Positions 9,096-18,179 of a stretch of DNA of 64,000 bases are shown here, piece after piece. The stretch lies in NCBI GenBank assembly GCA_017860005.1, contig JAFNAE010000001.1, positions 1,382-65,381 of the forward strand. Direction: 5' to 3'. Position 1 is the stretch's first letter; every line of letters begins with the position of its first letter. The translations under genes were made by a program, and so were the position numbers. The stretch is from Acidobacteriota bacterium (GTDB lineage: Bacteria; Acidobacteriota; Thermoanaerobaculia; Multivoradales; JAGPDF01). Below the pieces are notes generated by a model, which did no database searches, was not told where the DNA came from, and worked only from the letters and a program-made list of their open reading frames with translations.

Positions 9096-10781
9096 GTGGC
9101 GCTCCGCTGGGTCGCGGCGCGCCTGCCGCCGGCCGCCCGAGAGTTGCACGCGGCGGGGCATCCTCGGCGCCTGGCCGAGCTGCTCGCCCTGCGCGGGGTC
9201 GAGAGCGACGCCCAGGCTGCCGCCTTCCTGGCTCCGTCTCGCGAGCAGCTCCACCCGGCGCGCGAGCTGCTCGGGCTCGACGAGGCGGTGACGCGGCTGG
9301 CCGACCTCTGCGCGCGGCATCGGGGCGTCGCGATCCTGGGCGACTACGACGTGGACGGCATCTCGGGTACCGCTTTGCTCGCCGCGGTCCTGCGCTCCGC
9401 GGGAGCGCGCGTCGAGACCCAGATCGGGCGCCGGCACGAGGAGGGTTACGGCTTCCATCCGGTGCACGCGCGACGGGCCGCAGAGCAGGGCGTGGAGCTG
9501 CTCGTCACCGTGGACTGCGGCACCAACTCCCTGGCCGCCGCCGAGGAGGCCGCGCGGCTCGGCCTCGCCCTGGTGGTCGTCGACCACCACATCCCGGAGG
9601 GAGCGCCCCCGCCGGGAGCGGTCCTGATCAACCCGCGCCAGGCGGGCTGCCGGTACCCGTTCCGCGAGCTCAGCGGCGCGGGCCTCGTTTTCAAGCTCGC
9701 GGTGGCGCTGCTCGAGCACCTGGGACGCGAGGTGCCCTGGCAGGCGCTGCTGCGCATCGCCTGCCTCGGCACCATCGCCGACGTGGCGCCGCTGGTGGGC
9801 GAGAACCGGGTGATCGCGGCGCTCGGCCTCGCGGCGCTCGCCAGCACCCGTTCCGCCGGCCTCGCCGCCCTGTTCGAGGAGGCCGGGGTGCGGCCGCCGC
9901 TGCGCGCCGTGGACGTCGGGTTTCGTCTCGGGCCGCGGCTCAACGCCGCGGGGCGGCTCGGTGCGGCCGAACCCGCGCTCGAGCTGCTGCTCGAGCGCGA
10001 CCCGGCGCGCGCGCGGGAGCTCGCCCGTCAGCTCGGCCGCGCCAACCGCGAGCGTCAGGAGCTCGAGGCCCGACTGCTGGAGGAGGCGCGCGCGGCGATC
10101 GAGTCGCGCGGCCGGCCGCCGATCGCGGTGGCGTGGAGCGGTGCGTGGCACCGTGGCGTGGTGGGCATCGTCGCCGCGAAGCTGGCGCGCGAGCTGCACC
10201 GGCCGGTCCTGTTGCTGGCGGTCGACGGCGATCTCGCCACCGGATCGGGCCGGAGCGTCGCCGCCGTCCACCTCCACGACTTCCTGGCCCCCTGGGCGGC
10301 TCGACTGGAGCGTTTCGGGGGACACGCCCAGGCGGTCGGGCTCACCGCCCGCACCGCGAGCCTCGACGCCCTGGCTCGCGAGTGGGAATCGGCTGCGGCG
10401 GCATGGCCCGCCGAGCTGCTCGAGGCCAGCCGCCACTACGACCTCGAGCTGGAGCTCTCCGAGGTCGGCGCCGGACTGCTCGCCGACCTCGAGCGAATGG
10501 AGCCGTGCGGCGCCGGCAACGAGGAACCGCTCTTCCGGCTCGGCCCCCTGACCACCGCCGGTCCGGTGCGCCGGTTCGGCAACGGCCACGCCTCGCTCCC
10601 GCTCGTCGCGAGCGGAGCGGAGGGTCCGGCGGTCGATGCGGTGGGCTGGGGCTGGGCGGAGCGCCTGGACGCGCTGCCCGCGAGCTTCGAGGTGCTGGCG
10701 CGCGTCGAGCGCGACCGGTGGCGGGGAGGCGCCCGCCTGCGCCTCGAAGATCTCCGGCCGCTGGGCGGTAGCGCGAACTAG
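9096..10781 (+). CDS. recJ: single-stranded-DNA-specific exonuclease RecJ
   Basis: DHH motifs ILGDYDVDGISG and VTVDCG ... VVVDHH, plus the DHHA1 region GGHAQAVG. GTG start 6 bp after the accA stop. Confidence 0.85.
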   Translation: MALRWVAARLPPAARELHAAGHPRRLAELLALRGVESDAQAAAFLAPSREQLHPARELLGLDEAVTRLADLCARHRGVAILGDYDVDGISGTALLAAVLRSAGARVETQIGRRHEEGYGFHPVHARRAAEQGVELLVTVDCGTNSLAAAEEAARLGLALVVVDHHIPEGAPPPGAVLINPRQAGCRYPFRELSGAGLVFKLAVALLEHLGREVPWQALLRIACLGTIADVAPLVGENRVIAALGLAALASTRSAGLAALFEEAGVRPPLRAVDVGFRLGPRLNAAGRLGAAEPALELLLERDPARARELARQLGRANRERQELEARLLEEARAAIESRGRPPIAVAWSGAWHRGVVGIVAAKLARELHRPVLLLAVDGDLATGSGRSVAAVHLHDFLAPWAARLERFGGHAQAVGLTARTASLDALAREWESAAAAWPAELLEASRHYDLELELSEVGAGLLADLERMEPCGAGNEEPLFRLGPLTTAGPVRRFGNGHASLPLVASGAEGPAVDAVGWGWAERLDALPASFEVLARVERDRWRGGARLRLEDLRPLGGSAN

Positions 10782-10791
10782 AATCAGATCG

Positions 10792-12801
10792 ATGCCGGTT
10801 CCGGGCGAGCCGCGGTCTCCGTTCCGCCGCCTTCGGCGCGCGTTGCTGGCCACCTTCGTGCTGGCCCTGGCGGCGGTGGGGGGGCTCTACGTCCTGGGAC
10901 GGCCACCGGCTCCGGCAGTGATCCAGGAGGCGCCGGAACCGGCCGTCGAGCCGGCCGGAGGCGAGGCCCGGTCGCGACGCCCGGCCCGGAGCGCCCCGGT
11001 CGTCACCAGCGAGGGCTTCGAGTACGAGCAGAGGGTCGGCCAGCGCAGCGCCTTCCGCCTGCGCGGCGAGCGATTCACGACCGACCAGGAGGGCCTCGTC
11101 TCGCTGCAGGGCGTGGGGCTGGAGCTCAACCGCGAGAGCGGCGAGGCCTATCAGGTCGAGAGCCGGCGCGCGACCTGGGATCCGGCCACGCGCGAGGCCC
11201 GGCTCGCCGGCGAGGTGAGACTCGCGGGCGGCCGTGGGTTCCACCTCGAGGCCGAGCGGCTCGACCTCCTCGAGGGTGGCCAGGCGGTGGTCGCCCGCTC
11301 GCCGGTGACCTTCGGTCTCGGGCAGCGCTTCTCGGGGCGTGCCGCCGGCCTGCGCCTCGATCTCGAGCACGATGTCGTGCACCTCCGTGACCGCGTCCGG
11401 GTGTGGGGGACCGACGCGCCCGGCGAGAGCCCGCTCGGACTCGAAGCCGACGATCTCGCCTACGAGCGCGAATCCCGAGGCCTGCGGGCGACCGGCAACG
11501 TGCTGCTCTCCTCGGGCGCCGACCGGCTCCGGGCGGAGCGCATCGACGTCGCCCTGCTCCCGGACGAGAGCGCGCCCCGGAGCGCGCTCGCCACCGGACA
11601 GGTCCGGGGCAGCGTCGATCCCGCCGCGGACGAGGCCGGGGACGCGGGCGCCCTCACCTTCGAGGCCACGCGGGTGACAGCGCTGTTCGGCACCCGGCCC
11701 GCGCGCCCGGTCGAGCTCGAGCTGGAAGGCGAGGAGGGCGTCCCGGTGCGCGCGGTCCTGCGCGGCTCGGACCGCGTGCAGCGCGCGCTCCTGGCGCCGC
11801 GCGTGAAGGTCGCGCTCGCCGAGGGCCGGACGCGCGCCGCCTTCGCGGAGGGAGGCGTGGATCTGAGCGAGGCGCCCGTGGACGAGCCGACCCGCCTCCT
11901 GCGCAGCGCGACCTCGGAGCGCCTCGAGGCCGAGTACGGCGCCGCGGGCGAGCTCTCGACGGTGCGCCTTCTCGGCGCGGTCACGCTGCGCCAGGGCGAG
12001 GTCGAGGCGACCGCCGAGCGCGCCGAGTCCGAGGTGGCGAGCGGCCGGGCCGTGCTGACCTCGGCGCGCGAGAGGGTGCGCGTGCGCTCGCCCCGCGGCG
12101 AGCTGCGCGCGCCGCGCGTCGAGCTCGAGCGCACCGGCGGGGTGGTCCGGGCGCGCGGAGGGGTCTTCGCGGAGCTCCCGGCCGGGGCCCCCGGCCTCCA
12201 GCTCGGCCCTGCCACGGGCGACGGCCGTCCGCCGACCCGCGTCGAGTCGCGCGAGGCCGACGGCAGCGAGGAGCGGCGCGAATGGCGCTTCCGCGGCGAG
12301 GTGCGAGGCTCGCAGGGCGACAGCCTCCTGTTCGCCGACGAGCTGAGAGGAACGGAAGCCACGGGCGTCGTGGTCGCGGAGGGCGGCGTGCGCTCGGTCT
12401 GGGAGGACCGCTCCGAAGGCGCCCGCCCGGTGCCGACCACCGTCTCGGCCGCGCGACTGGTCTACGATCGGGATGCGCGCGAGGTGAAGTACACGGGGGG
12501 AGTCGAGGTGCGACAGGCCGAGCGGACGATGAACTGCGAGACGCTGACCGTGGAGCTCGACCAGCAGCAACGAGCGCGCAGGATGTCCGCCGCCGGGGCG
12601 GTGAAGATCGTCGACAGCGTCGCCGGCAGGACCGTGACCGGAGAGAGCGCCGAGCACGATCTCGCGGCGCGCACGGTGCTGGTCCTGGGCGCGCCGGTGG
12701 TGTTGTCCGAGGCCGGTGGCGCGACAGTGCGCGGCCGCCGCCTCCTCTACGACCTCGCCGCCGGGTCGGCGCGCATGCTGGCCGAGGACGCGTCGCCGTG
12801 A
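10792..12801 (+). CDS. LptC/LptA (OstA-N)-like periplasmic protein, unusually long (670 aa); likely LPS-transport bridge component
   Basis: N-terminal TM anchor [22 protein letters not shown], then repeated OstA-like beta-jellyroll stretches. It sits immediately upstream of lptB in the position of lptC-lptA, and its stop overlaps the lptB start (GTGA). Confidence 0.55.
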   Translation: MPVPGEPRSPFRRLRRALLATFVLALAAVGGLYVLGRPPAPAVIQEAPEPAVEPAGGEARSRRPARSAPVVTSEGFEYEQRVGQRSAFRLRGERFTTDQEGLVSLQGVGLELNRESGEAYQVESRRATWDPATREARLAGEVRLAGGRGFHLEAERLDLLEGGQAVVARSPVTFGLGQRFSGRAAGLRLDLEHDVVHLRDRVRVWGTDAPGESPLGLEADDLAYERESRGLRATGNVLLSSGADRLRAERIDVALLPDESAPRSALATGQVRGSVDPAADEAGDAGALTFEATRVTALFGTRPARPVELELEGEEGVPVRAVLRGSDRVQRALLAPRVKVALAEGRTRAAFAEGGVDLSEAPVDEPTRLLRSATSERLEAEYGAAGELSTVRLLGAVTLRQGEVEATAERAESEVASGRAVLTSARERVRVRSPRGELRAPRVELERTGGVVRARGGVFAELPAGAPGLQLGPATGDGRPPTRVESREADGSEERREWRFRGEVRGSQGDSLLFADELRGTEATGVVVAEGGVRSVWEDRSEGARPVPTTVSAARLVYDRDAREVKYTGGVEVRQAERTMNCETLTVELDQQQRARRMSAAGAVKIVDSVAGRTVTGESAEHDLAARTVLVLGAPVVLSEAGGATVRGRRLLYDLAAGSARMLAEDASP

Positions 12802-13532
12802 CCGACGCGCCTGCCGTGCTGCGCGCCGAGGAGCTGCGCAAGGTCTACGGCGGCCGCGCGGTGGTGCAGGGTGTCTCGGTCGAGATCCGCCCCGGCGAGG
12901 TGGTCGGCTTGCTCGGACCCAACGGCGCGGGCAAGACGACGACCTTCTACATGGTGGTCGGGCTCGTGCCGCCGGACGGCGGCAGGGTCTTCCTGGGCGC
13001 CGACGACATCACCGGGCTGCCCATGTACCAGCGCGCGCAGCGCGGCATCAGCTACCTGCCCCAGGAGCCCTCCGTCTTCCGGAAGATGTCGGTCGAGGAC
13101 AACCTGCGCGCCATCTTCGAGACGCTCGATCTGTCCCACGCCGAGCAGGAGCGGAGGATCGACCGGCTGGTGGAGGACTTCAAGCTCACCCGCGTGCGCA
13201 AGAGCCACGGTTACATGCTGTCGGGCGGAGAGCGCAGGAGGGTCGAGATCGCGCGCGCCCTCGCCATCAGCCCATCCTTCATCCTGCTCGACGAGCCCTT
13301 CGCCGGCATCGACCCGATCGCGGTGCTCGACATACAAGGTATCATCCGACACCTGAAGCAGATGGGAATCGGCGTCCTGATCACAGACCACAACGTGCGC
13401 GAGACGCTCAAGATCACGAGTCGCGCGTACATCATCAACAACGGCGAGATCCTGCGCTCGGGCTCGCCCGAGGAGCTCTCGACCGACCCGCAGGTACGCA
13501 AGATCTACCTCGGCGAGGAATTCAGTCTCTGA
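12798..13532 (+). CDS. lptB: LPS export ABC transporter ATP-binding protein LptB
   Basis: [26 protein letters not shown] and [12 protein letters not shown]. The rpoN-adjacent position is conserved. Confidence 0.9.
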   Translation: MTDAPAVLRAEELRKVYGGRAVVQGVSVEIRPGEVVGLLGPNGAGKTTTFYMVVGLVPPDGGRVFLGADDITGLPMYQRAQRGISYLPQEPSVFRKMSVEDNLRAIFETLDLSHAEQERRIDRLVEDFKLTRVRKSHGYMLSGGERRRVEIARALAISPSFILLDEPFAGIDPIAVLDIQGIIRHLKQMGIGVLITDHNVRETLKITSRAYIINNGEILRSGSPEELSTDPQVRKIYLGEEFSL

Positions 13533-13544
13533 CCCCGGCCCGGA

Positions 13545-15029
13545 ATGGCGCTCGAACAGAAGCTCTCCCTCAAGCTCTCCCAGCGGCTCGTCATGACGCC
13601 GTCGCTGCAGCAGGCCATCAAGCTGCTGCAGATGACGCGCCTGGAGCTCGAGACCGTGGTCGCCCAGGAGCTGGTGGAGAATCCCGTGCTCGAAGAGATC
13701 GAGGAGGGCGTCGAGGAGGAGGAAGCGGTCGCCGCGGGCAGCGCCGAGGCCGAGCCGGCGACTCCGCCAGAGCCCGAGGTCACTCCCGAGATCGAGCCGA
13801 TGTCCAAGAACGCGCTCGAGGAGACCGGGCTCGACGCCTACCTCGCCGAGGACTGGCCGGACGAGAGCCGGCTGGGGGGCGGAGAGTGGGAGGCGCGCGA
13901 GGCCCCGCCGATCGAGAACACGCTGACCCGGGAGCCGGACCTCTACGATCACCTGCTCTGGCAGATCCACCTCTCCGACTTCGCGCCGCGCGAGCGCAAG
14001 ATCGCCGAGGAGATCGTCGGCAACCTGGACCCGGACGGATTCCTGGTCGCCTCGGTCGAGGAGATCCGCCGCTCGGCGCTCGAGCGGGGAGACGACTGGA
14101 GCGCCGAGGAGGTCTCGGCGGCGCTCGACCGGGTGCGTCGACTCGATCCTCCGGGGATCGCCTGCGCGAGCCTGCAGGAGAGCCTGCTGCTCCAGCTCGA
14201 TCTCGCGGAGGAACCCCAGGACTCGCTGGCGCGCCGCGTGCTGGCGGAGCACTGGGATGCCTTCCTGCGCCGCCAGTACCCGCCGATCGCACGCCTGCTG
14301 GGCGTCACGCTGCAGGACCTCGAGCCGGTCATCGAGCGCATCCGCGCGCTCCAGACGAGGCCCGGGCGGGCCTATGGCAACGACCGTCCGCTCTACGTGG
14401 AGCCGGACGTCCACGTCATCAAGGTCGGCGACGACTACGTGATCCAGCTCAACGACGACGGCCTGCCCAGACTGCGCGTCAGCCGCGCCTATCGCCGGAT
14501 GCTCCAGCAGATGCGGGCCGAGGGCCGGCAGGGCGAGGCCCAGCAGTTCATCTCCGAGAAGATGCGTTCCGCGATGTGGCTGATCAAGAGTCTCGATCAG
14601 CGTCAACGGACGATCTACAAGGTCGCCGAGTCGATCGTGCGCCAGCAGCGGGAGTTCCTCGATCTGGGGCTGGACTACCTGCGCCCCATGGTCCTGCGCG
14701 ACGTCGCCGAGGACATCGGCATGCACGAGTCCACGGTCTCCCGCGTCGTCTCCAACAAGTACGTCCATACGCCGCGCGGCCTGTTCCCGCTCAAGTTCTT
14801 CTTCCACAGCGGCATCGACCGCGACTACGGGGAGGACATCTCCTCGCTCACCGTCAAGCGCAAGATCAAGCAGCTCATCGAGGCCGAGGATGCGCGCCAC
14901 CCGCTCTCCGACAGCGAGCTGATGCGCATCCTCAATCGGGAGGGCATCCAGATCGCCCGTCGGACGGTCGCGAAGTACCGGGACGAGTTGAATCTCCCGT
15001 CGTCTTCGGACCGGAGGAAGATCTTCTGA
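13545..15029 (+). CDS. rpoN: RNA polymerase sigma-54 factor
   Basis: N-terminus MALEQKLSLKLSQRLVMTPSLQQAIKLLQMTRLEL, the C-terminal RpoN box ARRTVAKYR and an HTH; 494 aa. Confidence 0.95.
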   Translation: MALEQKLSLKLSQRLVMTPSLQQAIKLLQMTRLELETVVAQELVENPVLEEIEEGVEEEEAVAAGSAEAEPATPPEPEVTPEIEPMSKNALEETGLDAYLAEDWPDESRLGGGEWEAREAPPIENTLTREPDLYDHLLWQIHLSDFAPRERKIAEEIVGNLDPDGFLVASVEEIRRSALERGDDWSAEEVSAALDRVRRLDPPGIACASLQESLLLQLDLAEEPQDSLARRVLAEHWDAFLRRQYPPIARLLGVTLQDLEPVIERIRALQTRPGRAYGNDRPLYVEPDVHVIKVGDDYVIQLNDDGLPRLRVSRAYRRMLQQMRAEGRQGEAQQFISEKMRSAMWLIKSLDQRQRTIYKVAESIVRQQREFLDLGLDYLRPMVLRDVAEDIGMHESTVSRVVSNKYVHTPRGLFPLKFFFHSGIDRDYGEDISSLTVKRKIKQLIEAEDARHPLSDSELMRILNREGIQIARRTVAKYRDELNLPSSSDRRKIF

Positions 15030-15057
15030 TCGTGGACTACCGCGCGAAAGGAGAGCC

Positions 15058-15609
15058 ATGAACATCGAGTACGTCGGCCGCCACGTCACGCTCGATGATC
15101 GTATTCGTGCCCACGCCGAGCAGAAGCTCGGGCGGATCCTCAAGTTCCTGGCCGAGCCGGTGGAGGTCCATGTCTCGCTCGACGCCGAGAAGCACCGGCA
15201 GATCGCCGAGATCAGGCTCAGCCATCGCCACGGCAGCGTGCGCGCCCGGGAGGAGAACGCCGACGTCCTCGAAGCGATCGACCTCGCGGTCGAGCATCTC
15301 GAGCGCCAGGCGCGCCGCTCACGCAAGAAGTCCGTGGACCGCCGGCGCCGCGCCAATCGCTTCGCGGCCGAGGACCGCCACTGGCCGTTCGATGTTCTCG
15401 AGCGGGAGAGCGTGGGCAAGGGCGCTGCGCCACGAATCGTGAAGTCGTCGCGCCTCGAGATCAAGCCGATGTCGCTCGACGATGCTGCCCTCCAGCTGGA
15501 GACTTCCCGCAACGGGTTCGTGGTCTTCCTCGACGCCGAGAGCGAGAAGGTGAGCGTTCTCTACAAGCGCCGGGACGACAACTACGGCCTGATCGTGCCC
15601 GAGGTCTGA
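15058..15609 (+). CDS. hpf: ribosome hibernation promoting factor (long HPF)
   Basis: MNIEYVGRHVTLDDRIRAHAEQKL is the HPF/RaiA N-terminal domain, with a C-terminal extension; 183 aa, directly after rpoN. Confidence 0.85.
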   Translation: MNIEYVGRHVTLDDRIRAHAEQKLGRILKFLAEPVEVHVSLDAEKHRQIAEIRLSHRHGSVRAREENADVLEAIDLAVEHLERQARRSRKKSVDRRRRANRFAAEDRHWPFDVLERESVGKGAAPRIVKSSRLEIKPMSLDDAALQLETSRNGFVVFLDAESEKVSVLYKRRDDNYGLIVPEV

Positions 15610-16617
15610 ATGAGGAAGCTCTCGGGGAAGGCCTTGCGCGCCGGCAGCCACGAAGCGGTCGTGGAGACCTCCTTCGTCGAGGTCGCAGAGCTGCTGGGCG
15701 AGGAGCTCTCCGACCTGCACCTGACCGTGGTCGCCGGCGAGGCCCACCTCGACAACCGGATCACGCACCCGCGGGTCCAGAAGCCCGGCCTCGCCTTCGC
15801 GGGCCACTACTCCTACATCAAGCCCGGGCGCGTGCAGATCGTCGGCGAGAGCGAGCTCGAGTACCTCCGCACGCTCGCCCCCGAGGAGCGCAGCGAGCGT
15901 TGCCGCCGCATCGCGTCGATGCCGGTGCCGGTGCTGGTCGTTACCAAGGGCCTCCCGGCCCTGCCGGAGCTGATCGCGGCGTGCCGCGCCGGGCAGGTGC
16001 CGCTGCTCGCATCGACGGCGCTCTCGTCGGTCGTGATCAAGAGGATCAGCTATTTCCTGGAGGACCACCTGGTGCCGTCGACGCGGCTCCACGGCACGCT
16101 GGTCGAGGTCTACGGGCTGGGCGTCCTCATCCTCGGCACGAGCGGCGTCGGCAAGAGCGAGGCGGCTCTCGACCTGATCACCCGCGGCCACAGCCTGGTC
16201 GCTGACGACCGGGTCTCGATCAAGCGCTATCCGAGCGGCGAGCTGATCGGTTCCACCGAGGAGCCGCTCCGGCATCACATGGAGCTGCGCGGCCTCGGAA
16301 TCGTCAACGTCAAGGACCTCTTCGGCCTCGCGGCGATCCGCGAGCGCAAGTCGATCGACCTGGTGGTCGAGCTCGAGCCGTGGCGGGAGGGCAAGGCCTA
16401 CGACCGGCTCGGACTCGACGAGACCGTGTACACGATCCTCGACACGCCCTGCCCCTACATCCGCATGCCGGTCGCGGTGGGCCGGAACATCGCGAACCTG
16501 GTCGAGATCGCGGCCAGGAACCACGTCCTGAAGCTCCAGGGCACGCATTCGGCGCGCGAGTTCGCGCGCAAGCTGGAGGAGCAGCTTGAGCGGAATCGCA
16601 AGGGACGATCGCGCTGA
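15610..16617 (+). CDS. hprK: HPr kinase/phosphorylase
   Basis: P-loop LILGTSGVGKSEAALDLI and the HprK C-terminal catalytic domain; 335 aa. Confidence 0.85.
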   Translation: MRKLSGKALRAGSHEAVVETSFVEVAELLGEELSDLHLTVVAGEAHLDNRITHPRVQKPGLAFAGHYSYIKPGRVQIVGESELEYLRTLAPEERSERCRRIASMPVPVLVVTKGLPALPELIAACRAGQVPLLASTALSSVVIKRISYFLEDHLVPSTRLHGTLVEVYGLGVLILGTSGVGKSEAALDLITRGHSLVADDRVSIKRYPSGELIGSTEEPLRHHMELRGLGIVNVKDLFGLAAIRERKSIDLVVELEPWREGKAYDRLGLDETVYTILDTPCPYIRMPVAVGRNIANLVEIAARNHVLKLQGTHSAREFARKLEEQLERNRKGRSR

Positions 16618-17479
16618 GCTCGTCCTCATCACCGGCCTCTCCGGATCGGGGAAGAGCACGGTCGCCAACTGCTTCGAGGACCTGGGCTTCGCGGTGGTCG
16701 ACAACCTCCCGCTGCCGCTGCTCGACCGGTTCCTCGCCGATCCCGTCGGTTACAGCGCGGGCCGGAACCGGATCGCGGTGGTCTCGGATCTGCGTGCGCC
16801 CGGCTTCGACACCGAGGCGCCGAGGCTCTGGCGCGGCCTCGACCGCACGCGGCTCTCTCCCACGCTCATCTTCCTGGAGTCCTCCGACGAGGCGCTCGTG
16901 CGCCGATTCTCGGAGACACGACGGCCGCACCCGCTGGGGACGGATCGGTCGATCCTCGATGCCATCCGCCTCGAGCGCGAGATGTTGGTCGACCTGCGGG
17001 GTGCGGCGGACCTCGTTCTCGACACCTCGGACTGGTCGGTTCACGACATCCGCAGCCTCGTCTATCGGGAATTCGGACGCGCGAGCGGGCACGAGCCGGC
17101 CATGGCTCTCAGCCTGCTCAGCTTCGGCTTCAAGCACGGCGTTCCCGCCGGGTGCGACCTGCTGTTCGACGTGCGCTTCCTGCCCAACCCTCACTTCGTG
17201 GCCGGACTGAGGGAGGCGACCGGGCTCGACGAACCGGTTCTCGATTTCCTCGAGCGGCAACCGGACTTCGAGAACCTCGTCGCCCGGCTCGCCGACCTGC
17301 TGGGCTTCCTGCTCCCGCGCTACGCGCAGGAGAACCGCAGCTACCTCACCGTCGGCGTCGGCTGCACCGGCGGCAGGCACAGGTCGGTCGCCGTCGTCGA
17401 ACGCCTGGCGGACCGGCTGGCGGGCTCGGGCTGGACGGCGCGACGCAACCATCGCGAGCTCGCCCGGGAGCGCGGATGA
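16586..17479 (+). CDS. rapZ: RNase adapter protein RapZ (YhbJ/YvcJ P-loop ATPase)
   Basis: LVLITGLSGSGKSTVANCFEDLGFAVVDNLP. The exact start is uncertain; TTG at 16586 is the only plausible start codon in frame. Confidence 0.8.
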   Translation: MSGIARDDRAELVLITGLSGSGKSTVANCFEDLGFAVVDNLPLPLLDRFLADPVGYSAGRNRIAVVSDLRAPGFDTEAPRLWRGLDRTRLSPTLIFLESSDEALVRRFSETRRPHPLGTDRSILDAIRLEREMLVDLRGAADLVLDTSDWSVHDIRSLVYREFGRASGHEPAMALSLLSFGFKHGVPAGCDLLFDVRFLPNPHFVAGLREATGLDEPVLDFLERQPDFENLVARLADLLGFLLPRYAQENRSYLTVGVGCTGGRHRSVAVVERLADRLAGSGWTARRNHRELARERG

Positions 17480-17907
17480 TCTCGGTCCTGCTCGTCACCC
17501 ACGGACGGCTCGCCGAGGAGCTGCTCTCCGCCGCACGGGTGATCGCCGGCGAGCTCCCCAATTTCCGCGCCCTCTCGCTCGAGTGGAGCGAAGGCATCGA
17601 CGAGGCACGAGCGCGCATCGCGCGCGAGGTCGGCGCGCTCGACCAGGGCGCCGGGGTGCTGATCCTGACCGACATGTTCGGCGACACGCCGTCCAACGCT
17701 GCGCTCGCGCTGCGCGAGGAGGGCAGGGTCGAGGTGGTGACCGGCGTCAACCTCCCCATGGTGGTGCGTCTCGGGTGCACGCGCGTCGAGCGTCAGAGCC
17801 TGGAGGAGACGGCGCGCTGGCTGGAGATCAAGGGGCGACGCAGCATCGCGCGCGCCGGCTCCGTCTCCCACGGACCGCTCCCCGGCGGAGACGTCGGCGG
17901 TGGTTGA
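17476..17907 (+). CDS. PTS EIIA component, mannose/fructose (EIIA-Man) family
   Basis: MISVLLVTHGRLAEELL carries the conserved phospho-His in the THG motif; 143 aa. ATG overlaps the rapZ stop (ATGA). Confidence 0.8.
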   Translation: MISVLLVTHGRLAEELLSAARVIAGELPNFRALSLEWSEGIDEARARIAREVGALDQGAGVLILTDMFGDTPSNAALALREEGRVEVVTGVNLPMVVRLGCTRVERQSLEETARWLEIKGRRSIARAGSVSHGPLPGGDVGGG

Positions 17908-18172
17908 GGAGAGGATCCGGGTGATCAACCGGCTCGGACTCCACGCGCGCGCGGCGGCCAAGCTCGTGCACCTGGCTTCGAGCTTCGCGAGCGACGTGCA
18001 GCTCGTCTTCGAGGACGGCGAGGAGATCGACGGCAAGAGCATCCTAGGCATCCTGGGCCGCGGAGCGGCGCAGGGAACCGAGCTCTCGGTGCGCTGCGCG
18101 GGCGGCGACGAGGGCGCCGCGCTGGCCGCGATCTCGCAGCTGTTCGCGGGCCGCTTCGGCGAAGGGGAGTGA
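17900..18172 (+). CDS. ptsH: phosphocarrier protein HPr
   Basis: GLHARAAAKLV contains the His15 site and GKSILGILG the Ser46 site targeted by HprK; 90 aa. Confidence 0.85.
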   Translation: MVEERIRVINRLGLHARAAAKLVHLASSFASDVQLVFEDGEEIDGKSILGILGRGAAQGTELSVRCAGGDEGAALAAISQLFAGRFGEGE

Positions 18173-18179
18173 GGGAGCC

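Noticed and set aside
9087-10853. 588-aa minus-strand ORF antisense to recJ
   Set aside because: Same reasoning; recJ DHH/DHHA1 motifs are on the plus strand.
10342-15512. Long minus-strand ORFs (771 aa and 921 aa) antisense to the lptC/A-like gene, lptB and rpoN
   Set aside because: Antisense artefacts; the sense genes are strongly supported.
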